Part shown: piece by piece, positions 52,388-64,000 of the stretch
Layout of the letters: each line of letters starts with the position of its first letter
Position numbering within the stretch: the stretch's first letter is position 1
From: Octopus vulgaris
Lineage: Eukaryota
NCBI GenBank assembly: GCA_951406725.2
Contig: OX597816.1
Span: forward strand, 158,658,001-158,722,000
DNA length: 64,000 nt
Direction of reading: 5' to 3'
Translations under genes and position numbers: made by a program
Notes under the pieces: model-generated
What the model saw: the letters and a program-made list of their open reading frames with translations, nothing else
The model's database searches: none
Told to the model about the DNA's origin: nothing

Positions 52388-53039
52388 CTATGTATGTATG
52401 TATGTATGTACGTACGTGTGTGTGTGTATGTATGTATGTACGTAAAGATAGACATATGTCTGTATACATATTAACATATGTATATTAAGAGTTGTTAAAT
52501 AATAAAAAACAAACATTTACTGATGAAGAAACTCAATACTGTTACAAAGTAAAATTCTATATATATAAGTATAGGCATGGCTATGTGGTTAAGAAACTTA
52601 CTTCCCAATCATATGGTCTTGGGTTCAGTACCACTGCATGGCACCTTGGACAAATGTCTTCTACTAAAGCCCTAACCGAAGCCTTGTGAGTGGATTTGGT
52701 AGATAGAATGAAATAAGACTGCCATGTATGTATGTGTATGCATGTGTGTGTTCATATGTATGTGTGTGCGTGTGTGTGTGTCTGTATTCTTGTCTTGACC
52801 TCATATGGTGGTTGTAAACCAGAATTGCCATAATACAAGCAATGTTCATTTCCAGTCTTCCATAAAAACATGTTTGGCAATGAAGAATCATTACCTTAGA
52901 AACAGACGAGAGTTGGCAACGCAAGTGATATCCAGCTGTAGAAACTCTGTCTCAACAAACTCCATCTGAGCCAAGCAAAGCATGGAAAAGTGGACATTAA
53001 ACGATGATGATGATGATGATGATGATAATGATAATAATA

Positions 53040-53758
53040 AAATATCACCAAAAACATATAATGAAAAGAAATACAAGTAACTGCAGACTATTTGGAGACG
53101 GAAAAGAAACAATAAATAATATTGTCTCTGGCTGTAGTTTGAGGAATACTGGCTAAGAAGGAATACATACACAGACACAACAGAGTTGGAACCTGCATAC
53201 ACTGGAAGCTATGCCAACACTATGGAATAACAGAAAAAAGATGGAATAGACACATGCCAGAAAAGGTCATAGAAAATGAGAAAGCAACCATACTCTGGGA
53301 TATGCCAATACATACAGATAGAGAAATTAAGGCCAAGTAGCTGGATATTGTTGTCAGAGATCAAGAAAGAAAATGCTTTCTAATTGATGTATCAATACCA
53401 ACAGATGACGATGTTTTTCTAAAAGAAATGGAGAAACTTTCAGAATACAAAGTTCTGGAAACAGAGGTAGCTTGAATGTGGAGCCTAAGAACAGAAACAA
53501 TTCTTATCACAGTAGGTGCATTAGGTATGATAAAAAAACATTCAGACAAATACATAACAAAAACACCAGGTTTTACAAGTATATATAACATACAGAAAAC
53601 AGCACTACTAGGTATCACACACATCCTATGTAAAATACTTTCAATACAGTAAAAATAAGAGCACCACAACAAACAACAACACATACCCAAGGCACACAGA
53701 GCTGTGCTCGGTAGTGCAGTGGAAGTATGTGATAAAAATAAGACTACTGAATAATAAT
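53040..53758 (+). mobile_element. R4/Dong-like non-LTR 3' end with (TAA)n tail
   Basis: HNRVG.CIHWKLC...ILWDMPIHTDREIKA..DIVV...LIDVSIP...ITVGALG. Confidence 0.8.
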
Positions 53759-54300
53759 ATATCTGGAAAGCCAAAGCTTTACACACTCAACACAATACAA
53801 GCAGTAATACAACAAAAGACTGCACCACACCTCAAGAGAAAAAAAACTAGCATAATACAGTACTGGGAAGAGTTTGCACACTCCCAACAGCAGAAAAGAA
53901 CACACAAAGAGATGTTGCAGGTGATGCAGTAGAAATTTGCCGCAAACTACCAAATATTGAATAGCTATCTACTATAATAATACTCGTGCTTTTCTCCATC
54001 ACAACATATGAATGAGAAACGAAGGGATGAGAGATAGATAAGGAAGGAAGGAGTGATGGCAAACTGGTAGTGAGAGGGTGAACATTCAACACTGAAAAGA
54101 AAAATGAAACAGTGTTTCAACTCTGGGTAAGTGTATGTGTGTATAAGTATGTGAATGTATGTGAACATTGACAAGTGTATCAATTTGATTTACCATCCCT
54201 ATTTATATATAAAATACTACAATTAGCTGTCGTTTTTGATGGCATGGGGCCAGCTAGCATAATAATAACAACTGTGACTCATGTTTTTGCTCTCAACTCC

Positions 54301-54335
<35 letters not shown>

Positions 54336-54343
54336 ATATATAA

Positions 54344-54726
54344 GGTGTAGGAGTGGCTGTGTGGTAAGTAGCTTGCTTATGAACCACATGGTTTCGGGTT
54401 CAGACCCACTGCATGGCACCTTGGGCAAGTGTCTTCTACTATAGCCTCGGGCTGACCAAAGCCTTGTGGATGGATTTGGTAGACGGAAACTGAAAGAAGC
54501 CCATCATATGTGTGTGTGTGTGTGTATATGCTTCTATGTCTGTGTTTGTTCCCCCCCAACATTGCTTGGCAACCGATTCTGGTGTGTTTACGTCCCTGTA
54601 ACTTCGCGGTTTGGCAAAAGAGACCGATAGAATAAGTACTAGGCTGGGGTCGATTGGCTTGAGTAAAGGTGGTGCTCCAGCATGGCCACAGTCAAATGAC
54701 TGAAACAAGTAAAAGAGTAAAAGAGT
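54344..54726 (+). mobile_element. SINE family A
   Basis: Homology to 1786-2210. Confidence 0.85.
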
Positions 54727-55731
54727 ATATATATATATATATATATATATAGCGAGTGAGAGAAATAATTATCTGGATAAATAAATTGATTATAAAAGTT
54801 TGGGTTTGATATACAAAATGTATATATTAATATATGTATACATGAAGGCAGAGAGCAGGGAGAAATGTTAGCACACCGGGCGAAATGCTTAGCAGTATTT
54901 CATCCTTACGTTCTGAGTTCAAATTCTGCCAAGGCCAACTTTGCCTTTCATCCTTTTGGGGTCAATAACAGTTGCATACGAGGTTCAATCTAATCGACTG
55001 GTCCCCTCCCCAAAATTTCGGGCCTTGTGCCTAGAGTAGAGATATATGTATGTGGGTGTAGTTTGTATCTGTGTTTATCACCTACCACCTGTGTTGGTCT
55101 GTTTACATTCATGTCACTTATCAGCTTGGCAAAAATAACAGGCTTTAGAAAAACTAAGTACTGGGGTCGATTCATTTGACTAAAACCCCAGCATGCCAAC
55201 AGTCCAAATGACTGAAACAAGTAAAAGAGTAAAAGAGTATATATATATATATATATATATAGCGAGTGAGAGAAATAATTATCTGGATAAATAAATTGAT
55301 TATAAAAGTTTGGGTTTGATATACAAAATGTATATATTAATATATGTATACATGAAGGCAGAGAGCAGGGAGAAATGTTAGCACACCGGGCGAAATGCTT
55401 AGCAGTATTTCATATACGTTCTGAGTTCAAATTCTGCCAAGGCCAACTTTGCCTTTCATCCTTTTGGGGTCAATAACAGTTGCATACGAGGGTATACACA
55501 TATAAATCTAATCGACTGGTCCCCTCCCCAAAATTTCGGGCCTTGTGCCTAGAGTAGAGATATATGTATGTGGGTGTAGTTTGTATCTGTGTTTATCACC
55601 TACCACCTGTGTTGGTCTGTTTACATTCATGTCACTTATCAGCTTGGCAAAAATAACAGGCTTTAAAAAACTAAGTACTGGGGTCGATTCATTTGACTAA
55701 AACCCCAGCATGCCAACAGTCCAATGACTGA

Positions 55732-55737
<6 letters not shown>
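54694..55737. repeat. ~510-530-bp tandem duplication
   Basis: agcgagtgagagaaataatt at 54751 and 55261; near-identical downstream sequence. Confidence 0.9.
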
Positions 55738-55789
<52 letters not shown>

Positions 55790-55890
55790 TATATATATAT
55801 GTATACATATACACACTCACACATATATACTTATATATATTACATGACACATTCACACATATGTATTATACACACACAAAGATATCTTAC

Positions 55891-55941
55891 ATCCCTCACA
55901 GAGTAAAGGTCAGAGTGAATTCCTGAGGAGCATCTCTTCAT
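55891..55941 (-). CDS. Candidate alternative first coding exon MKRCSSGIHSDLYSVRD
   Basis: ATG-led 17 codons ending at a consensus GTAAG donor in phase 0, just downstream of a CpG-rich unique stretch. Confidence 0.3.
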
Positions 55942-55949
55942 CTTCTCAA

Positions 55950-56370
55950 GATAAAACTTCAACGACCACGAAGAAAAATTTATAAAAGCATTTCAAAGTC
56001 TGTGTGTGTGTGTGTGTAAGCGCGTTCGTATAGGTGTGTACGTTCATATAGCACGCTACAGAGAAAGTAGACCTGTGAATTAAAAGTAACTTCGTGGAAG
56101 AAAATGAAATACGTCTTGTAAAAATATCTGGAAGGACGTAAAAACGAAAGAGGAATTAATGCTTCTTGACATGAAAAAAGATAGAGCTGCCACTTCGACA
56201 AAAGTTGACTCAAGGGAGACAACTTTAGTAAGCATATAGCAATCGTACAAGAGTTGCGCTGAAGTTATGGTCCTTGATTACGCAATAGACCCTTTAGTAG
56301 AATATAGGAGAAAATGTCTAGTAACTGACAATGGGAAAATACGTGCTTGGCGTCTTGATTGGCGACAGGA
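55950..56370 (-). promoter_or_regulatory. CpG-enriched unique stretch, candidate internal promoter/5' UTR
   Basis: Many CpGs in non-repeat sequence against a CpG-depleted background; immediately upstream of an ATG and GTAAG donor. Confidence 0.3.
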
Positions 56371-57262
56371 AGGGCATCCAGCTGCAGAAACTGTCAACAA
56401 ATTACATTTGGACCATGCAAAGCATATTGTATTTAAAAATATTGAAATATTTTAAAATTATCTTTTTTAATAGCTATATAATAAAATAAAGATTATACAC
56501 GTACTGGATGGTTTTTCCTTTCGACACAACTAAATTCAGGTGGCTTTGAGTAGATTCTATATAAAACTGGATTTCATTCCACGTAAACTGAAACAAAAAC
56601 ATAGGAAAAACATTGAGAGAGAGAGAGAGGAGTGTGTGTGTGTTTTGGGTATGAATGTATATATGCATACATCATCATCATCATCATTTAACATCCCCCT
56701 TCTATGCTGGCATGGGTGGAACAGTTTGACAAGAGCTGGCCAGGCAGAAGCCTGCACCAGACTTCTGTAACTGTTTTGGTAGGATTTTTACAGCTGGATG
56801 CCTTTCCAAATGCCAACCACTCAGCAGAGTGGACTTAATGCTTTTTATGTAGCACAAGTGAGGTCAGTTTTAGCAAGGTTTTTACAGCTGGATTCCCTTC
56901 TAAACACCAACCACTTAACAGTGTGGATTGGGTACTTTGTAAGTGGTACCTGCACTGACAGGGTCACCAAGTAACTTGCAAGGAGAGAGGGCATTGGAGG
57001 AGGAGATCTTATGTCAGATGATGGAAGGTTATAGTGAGATAGAAACAGGTGTCTTGCTGTAGAGGAGGTACAAGGTTACCTGGCTGGGGGAGAGAGAGAG
57101 TGAAAGAGAGAGAGATCAAGAATGAAGACAGAAACAGGTGTGCTACCGCAAAGAAGATACATGGTCACACATACATGAGTGAAAATTTTAGTGAATGCAT
57201 GCGAATATATCTGCAGGTGCATATGCTTGTGTCCATGTGTATGAGTGTATATATATGTGTGT

Positions 57263-57315
<53 letters not shown>

Positions 57316-58223
57316 TATATATACATACACACACATATATACATATACACACACATTGCTATTCTGAACTTTCTGCAGCAATTAGTACCCTTGTCTATTT
57401 GTATCATCGACAAATACATCAATTCTCCAAACAAGGAAAACACTGTTGATCTTCTTCACCTCTCAACCCATTTTTGATCACGCTGCAGTCATCATCTCTG
57501 TGAAAGCACACAGAATAATAGTTAAAATGTTGCACTCGTAACTGTTAAGTCACAGGGTTGATTCTCAGACCAGGCAATGTATTGTGTTCTTGAGCAAGGC
57601 ATTTCATTCTACATTGCTTCTTTCAGTACACTCAACTGAAGGTTAACCCTGTGGTGTACTGGTATCTCATTCAAGAGGAAGGGGTGTTTCTTGAACATCC
57701 AGATAAACTGTGGTCTCTTGAGCTTTGTAAGCTCCAGGCCAAATGTATCATTTCTGCTAAACTGGATCATCTAATAAAAACAACCTCCTCACATCTTCCT
57801 ACTGCATAACAACCACCTCCAGCTTGAACTCAATTCCCACAGTTCTAAGATGTTGAATGATGACAGTAAATGTATTCAACTTCCAAGACGTCTATCTGAA
57901 ACAGTTAAGGGATGGGGTGACCAATATTGACTCTCCTCCTTCTCCACCTAAGAATCTCCTTTCATATGGTACCTACAACTAAAATCTATAATCCCCTGAA
58001 ACCCCAAGGTGGTAACTTTAACAACGTTTGCAAAATGTGAAGAAAGTCACCCAACATCACTGCAATGCATCTAAAAAGCAGGGAAACAAAAACTGCATTC
58101 ATATGTTGCACAGCCTACAAGGCACCTCACTTCCCAAACCTGGAAATGATAAGTAAGCTTACCACCACTCGCAATAACAGTAAAGGATAAAAGGTATATT
58201 TATCTTTACACAATATATTTAAG

Positions 58224-58612
58224 TGGAGGTGCAATGGCCCAATGGTTAGGGCAGTGGACTTGCGGTCTTAGGATCGTGGTTTCGATTCCCAGACCGGGTG
58301 TTGTGAAGTGTTTATTGAGTGAAAACACCTAAAGCTCCACAAGGCTCCGGCAGGGGTGGTGGTGAATCCTACTGTACTCTTTCACCACAACTTTCTCTCA
58401 CTCTTTCTTCCTGTTTCTGTTGTACCTGTATTTCAAAGGGCCAGCCTTGTCACACTGTGTCACACTGTGTCACACTGAATCTCCCCAAGAACTATGTTAA
58501 GGGTCCATGTGTCTGTAGAGTGCTCAGCCACTTGCATGTTAATTTCATGAACAGGCTGTTCCATTGATTGGATCAACTGGAACCCTCGTCGTCGTAACCG
58601 ACGGAGTGCCAA
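58224..58612 (+). mobile_element. tRNA-derived SINE family B, full length
   Basis: tggcccaatggttagggc A box, ggtttcgattccc B box, tail ...gtaaccgacggagtgcc. Confidence 0.85.
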
Positions 58613-59343
58613 CATATATTTAAGTTATGTCATTTTAAAATAAATTCTAAGTCTCAAGGACTGATGATAAAAGGTCAAGTTCTTGTTACAGTGTAGGGGC
58701 TTGTGTCTCAATGAACCCTAGAGCTATGCTCATACTGTCATACTGGACAGCTCAAAGGACAGAGGTGGCCAGACTAATGTGAACCACTTCTTCCCAGAGA
58801 TACAAATAAGTTTGTGTAGGGCCAAAAACTCTACCTAAAAAGGAAGATAAATTTCAGAACATTAATGAAGATTCAGCACCAACAAAACCTAGGAGAAGAA
58901 CAGGCCAGAGTTGAAAACTGAAGAAAAGTTGTCTTGAGAACTTCTCTTCAGTTCTTAAGAGTAACGGAAGAAAAGTTATTCTTAAGTAAGACTTTGCATA
59001 TTACTTAAGAGCAAAGGTTTTAAGTAAGATGATAAAAGGAAAGAATTTAACATAAAACCTTTAGCATTCAAACCAATCATATTTGACCAAAATATTCTAC
59101 TTGTTTTATGCTCCAGCTGGTCAGATCTTGCCTCTCACACCAACATTAGAATATCATTCTAAAAATCTAACAGTTCCTTCATCAAAATCTCGAAACTGAG
59201 AGATGATGCATGATTAATTCCAAACAATGTGAATAAGTAAGCATTACTTTTGACAGATATATCAGAATGCTTACAGGTCAAAATAAATAAATAAACTAAA
59301 TAGAAACCCAAACAAAAATGATAAAGCAAATATCAGAACTAAC

Positions 59344-59484
59344 TTCAGGCATAAAACTCTGTGGCTGCTGTTGTGTTAGATCTACATTCATCGACTGAAC
59401 ATGGATGCCTTCCAGTTTAGATTCTATGTTCTGTAGGTGGCTTCCAATTTCCACAGCTGACAAACTTTTACTGCGGGTTCGGTT
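59344..59484 (-). CDS. Exon of host gene, NRTRSKSLSAVEIGSHLQNIESKLEGIHVQSMNVDLTQQQPQSFMPE
   Basis: Strong acceptor cttctttcttccattttag, donor GTTAGT, 141 nt = 47 codons open, phase 0-0, non-repetitive sequence. Confidence 0.8.
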
Positions 59485-59589
59485 CTAAAATGGAAGAAAG
59501 AAGGTAATGACAAAATAAATAAATAAAAATCATGCAAACAACAACAAATAGTTAATGATGAAAACAAATGCTACACAACGCATGCTACA

Positions 59590-59965
59590 GGCGCAGGAGT
59601 GGCTGTGTGGTAAGTAGCTTGCTAACCAACCACATGGTTCCGGGTTCAGTACCACTGCGTGGCATCTTGGGCAAGTGTCTTCTGCTATAGCCCTAGGCCG
59701 ACCAATGCCTTGTGAGTGGATTTGGTAGATGGAAACTGAAAGAAGCCTGTCGTATATATGTTTGTGTGTCTGTGTTTGTCCCCCTAGCATTGCTTTACAA
59801 CCGATGCTGGTGTGTTTATGTCACTTAGTGGTTCGGCAAAAGGGACCGATAGAATAAGTACTGGGCTTACAAGGAATAAGTCCCGGGGTCGATTTGCTCG
59901 ACTAAAGGCGGTGCTCCAGCATGGCTGCAGTCAAATGACTGAAACATGTAAAAGAGTAAAAGAGT
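59590..59965 (+). mobile_element. SINE family A, young copy
   Basis: Full head and tail. Confidence 0.9.
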
Positions 59966-60396
59966 AGCGTATAATCAAATGAAGATATTGACCTTTTTGA
60001 TACCATCCTTTAAGAGTCCAACCTTGGGTTTATGATGCAAACTTTATGTTTTAAAGGGACCTAAATTGAAACCTTCCACCTAAAGTCCTTAATTTTTACT
60101 TTAAACACCAGTAAAATAATGACAAATTTTATTCATTTTTCTATTACTTGAAAAATTTATTGAAAAAAAGGCAGTAGATTTCAACAGAAATATAGGCAAA
60201 AAAGGATTAACAAACTAAATTAAGAAAAATATAGACAGGCACTGGTGTGGTTGTGTGGTGAGAAGATTGTTTCACAACCACATGGCTCTGGGTTCAGTAC
60301 CCTTGCATGGCACTTTGGGCAAGAGTCTTCTGTTCACTCAGCCTTGAGTGAATTTGACAGTTGGAAACTGAAAGTAGCCTGCCACACAGACATATA

Positions 60397-60802
60397 TACT
60401 CTTTTACTCTTTTACTTGTTTCAGTCATTTGACTGCGGCCATGCTGGAGCACCGTCTTTAGTCGAGCAAAGTGACCCCGGGATTTATTCTTTGTAAGCCC
60501 AGTACTTATTCTATCGGTCCCCTTTGCCGAACCGCTAAGTGACGGGGATGTAAACACACCAGCATCGGTTGTCAAGCAATGTTGGGGGGACAAACACACA
60601 CACACACAAACATATACACACACATACATATATATATACATATATATGACAGGCTTCTTTCGTCTACCAAATCCACTCACAAGGCATTGGTCAGCCAGAG
60701 GCTATAGCAGAAGACACTTGCCCAAGATGCCATGCAGTGGGACTGAACCCGGAACCATGTGGTTGGTAGGCAAGCTACTTACCACACAGTCACTCCTGCA
60801 CC
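60397..60802 (-). mobile_element. SINE family A, young copy (inverted relative to 59590-59965)
   Basis: Reverse-complement homology. Confidence 0.9.
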
Positions 60803-63720
60803 TATATATATATATATAGATGGATAGATAGTCAACAGATGAGATCCAGAGAAAACACTGAGTAGCACTCAAATGATTCGAACTCGGACTCTGATGCCTT
60901 TAAAAGGGTCCAATTCCACAGGGTAAAGAGTGGTTATAAGAAGTGAGCAGGTATGGAGGCAATTATGTGGATAAACAAATTAAATATAACAGTTTGGTTT
61001 TGATATAGAATCATCATCATCATAAATGAAAGAAAATAAACACTGGATAAACCGAGTCTCTTAACATCCCCTAGTTCTATAGCCATTATCCCAAAATTTT
61101 GGCATCTATTCACATAAGTACCAAGGTCGATTCACTTGGTTAAAATTCTTCAAGGTGGTGCCTCAGCATGGCTATAGTCTAATTACTGAAACAAACAAAA
61201 GATAGAAAATAGAAATGGTTAATTAAAGCATTTTCTCTTTGTATTTCCCTCTAGTTTCAGTTTTTAATTAACAGAATCAGTACAAGATCATTGATTGACT
61301 TTTAATCAGATCAAGAAATTTTCTAATTATGTGTTTTTATATATAGATGTAATTTAGATATTTGATAATCCAATTTGCAAAACCATAATCCAAATGGTGT
61401 TTCAAAGGTTATTTAAGTTTATTTCAGAGACTAGATAAAGTAGATTTGCATAATATTAACTTGCAGTATTAATCTCATTCTTACTTTCAAAACCTACAAC
61501 AATCATCATCATTGTTTTAATCTCTATCTTTAGTTTAAATCATTTTACTTCAGCCATGCTGGGGCACCGCCTTAAAGGGTTTTAGTCAAACATATCAACC
61601 CCAGGACTTGTTTTTTTAAGTCTAGTAATTATTCTATCGGTCTCTTTTTTCAAAGCACTTAGTAACGGATGTAAACATACCAACATTGGTTGTCAAGTGG
61701 TGGTGGTGGGAACAAACACAGATACAAAAGCACACACAACAGTCTTCTTTCAATTTCTGTCAACAAAATCCACCCACAAGGCTTTGGTCAGCTCAAAGCT
61801 ACAGTAGAGGACACTTGGCTAAGGTGCCATGCAGTGGAATTGAACCTGGAACCATGTGGTTGGGAAGCAAGCTTCTTACCACACAGCCACTTTTCCATGC
61901 TTGCATCACTCAAACAGAATTCATTGATACAGGTTTCTATAGCTGGATGCCCTTCCTGTTGTCAATCCTCACCTGTTCCTAAGTAAAATCATATCCTCCC
62001 CTTTCATGGCTGGACCTAATTCCATTAAAGACTACAAAACAAAGGACTCAACTTGTACGATGGTGACACTTCTCTACAACCAATATGCAATGTCAAAAAA
62101 GCACACACATACACACACATGAACTTCATTCAGTTTCCATGCACTAAATGGATTTGGTCAGCCTGGGGCTATAACAGAAGACTTATACCCACATTGCCAT
62201 GCAGTGGGACTGAACCAGATACTGCATGATTAGAAAGTGAACTTCTTAACTGCACAGCCATGCCTGCACTGAATGCAGTTTACATTTATACAATGAAATG
62301 ACAGCTGGTTGATGCCTCACTAGATTAGCAGTTCCTATACTGTGTGAAGTTGCATGGCTTAGTTGTTAGAGTAAGGTCGAGGGTTCAATTCCCAGCACCA
62401 TGTTGTGTTCTTGAGCAAGACACTTTATTTCAAGTTACTCCAGTACACTCAGTTGGCAAAAAAGACTTGTACCTGTAATTCAGTAGGCCAGCCTTGCCAC
62501 ATTCAGGATGTCATGCTGAATCTCCCTAAGAACTCCCCTGTTTGAAAACTTAAGGACACAGGACGCTTCTGTCACGTAGCCAACTATAAACGGTGTTTCT
62601 TGGGGCTAAATAGCCACAGCATTCTTCCCTTTCCTGGGACTGCCACATTAAGTTGGCAACAAACCATCACTTTTTTTCTTCTTCTGTAAATATTTTTTAT
62701 GGCTACATTTTGAATGTGGACATGAGCAAAATTGATTTTGAATTCATCATCATCATCCAGTGTTTTAAATCTGGGTTTTGTCCCTGTTAACGGGGTTGGC
62801 CAGATATATCTCAATACCATAGCAACTGCCCTCACACCATCTCGCCTGGTTTGGGATTGTTGTTGATAATTACTTTATTGAGCCTGGACAAATGACAAGG
62901 ACAATGTTTACTGAATATGAAATATAAAAAAAACACACAAAGCAGATAAATTGATACAATAGATATCCAATGTAGCTATCAATCCATTGTGCAACCTCCA
63001 TTACTTTTAGTTTATCTCCCTTGCCGTATTTGACAAAAATTGCCTTAATACTAAAGACTTTCTTTTCATTAAGGGTGTAATTTTGATAATAAAAAAATAA
63101 TTTTGATGAAGTAAAACAAATATATTAGCCAGGACTTAACTATGTTATTTGCGCAAAAGGCATTTCTGAAAAACTCTTTTTTTTCATGTCATTAGGTTTT
63201 ATGATGATGATAATATGGTGAGGAAACTATCATGTAAAATATCCTAAGATATTTTGCTGTATCTTGGGAGGGTCATTATGCCAATAATAAACACATGCAC
63301 TGGTTCTATTCCACTTCTTTATTATTCGTTGATTGGTTAACAATTTAACCAACTATCTAATTGATTATTATTTAAATCATTTGGTTAATCAGTCAGCCAG
63401 TTACTTTTGTCAAAGCCCTTTCATTGCCATTTGCCATGTCTTCAGTGATAGACCCTCTCTACTATAGGTTTGCCTGTTTGTCTCTTGGATAATTTTGGTT
63501 CTAATTTCATGTAGTTACAGGCATGTGAGTACAAATATATGTGAAAAGGGAAGGGAGAGAGAAAGAGAGAGTATGTATGTTGTGTGTGTATGTATGTGTG
63601 TGACTATGTTTATGCACGTGTGCTCAGATGTATGAGGATGTGTGTTTGTTGGTATAACAGATTCTGTGAGAGAACACATGTATACATCAAGATATTTTAC
63701 AATCTGTATATGATGCTTAC

Positions 63721-63793
63721 TTGAACATCCATACTGGGTCTTCTTTTGACAGCATCTTTGCGTTTCAGCCGTTTTGACATAGTAGCAGACAAC
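63721..63793 (-). CDS. Exon of host gene, LSATMSKRLKRKDAVKRRPSMDVQ; possible start ATG at 63780-63778
   Basis: Acceptor tttcatcaatgtttcag, donor GTAAGC, 73 nt open, ends in phase 0 and joins the 59484 exon in frame. Confidence 0.75.
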
Positions 63794-64000
63794 CTGAAAC
63801 ATTGATGAAATCTAAATTTTAATTGCGAGAAATTATAAATATTAATTAACAGAAAGAAATGAAATAGCAGAAGAGTTTGGGATTAACCTTTTTGTTATGA
63901 TATTTGTGTTTGAAATACACTGCTTTTATTACAATTTAGTTTTTTAAAAAAATGAAGAATTCTGCAAAACAGCTTTCACTGATGTTTGAAATTTTGAAGA

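Larger units (their letters stand above)
18672..63793 (-). other. PLEKHG5: Multi-exon protein-coding gene (partial), probably a PLEKHG5/Syx-like RhoGEF, N-terminal part including the RBD-like domain
   Basis: Five minus-strand exons with AG/GT ends. Phases chain 63721(0)->59484, and 39832(1)->25140, then 25079(0)->18767. Identity rests on remembered similarity of the 39.9-kb exon peptide to PLEKHG5. One or more linking exons (net phase 0 to 2) were not located. Confidence 0.55.

Noticed and set aside
52519-52545. CTGATGA-A-GAAAC as a hammerhead
   Set aside because: No stem II and no closing cleavage triplet or stem I; likely chance.
57385-57497. Exon candidate with a good acceptor
   Set aside because: Immediate stop in the required phase 0; other frames close before a convincing donor.

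Overview
AT-rich, repeat-dense eukaryotic (metazoan) DNA. The tRNA-derived SINE families, (TA)n/(GATA)n microsatellites and RTE-type (GAT)n-tailed repeats look like those of an Octopus/coleoid cephalopod genome (inference). Most of the window appears to be intron of one minus-strand gene. I can support five exons with canonical AG/GT ends (63793-63721, 59484-59344, 39959-39832, 25140-25079, 18767-18672). The 39.9-kb exon resembles the Ras-binding-like domain of PLEKHG5/Syx RhoGEFs. At least one exon between 59.3 and 40 kb was not found, and downstream exons were not identified. The introns hold SINEs, RTE, CR1, R4/Dong-like and Penelope-like retroelement pieces, maT (DD37D), Tc1, hAT, piggyBac-like and Helentron-like DNA elements, and minisatellites. 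Most ORFs in the supplied track are repeat artefacts. The most interesting observations are: (1) several minimal type-I hammerhead ribozyme folds, mostly in small Penelope-like cassettes next to (TA)n tracts, several sense to the host pre-mRNA; (2) a 1.6-kb TRIM-like LTR element with three tandem U5-PBS(tRNA-Ser) junctions; (3) a CpG-rich candidate internal promoter and first exon; (4) inverted SINE pairs beside exons that could form ADAR substrates.
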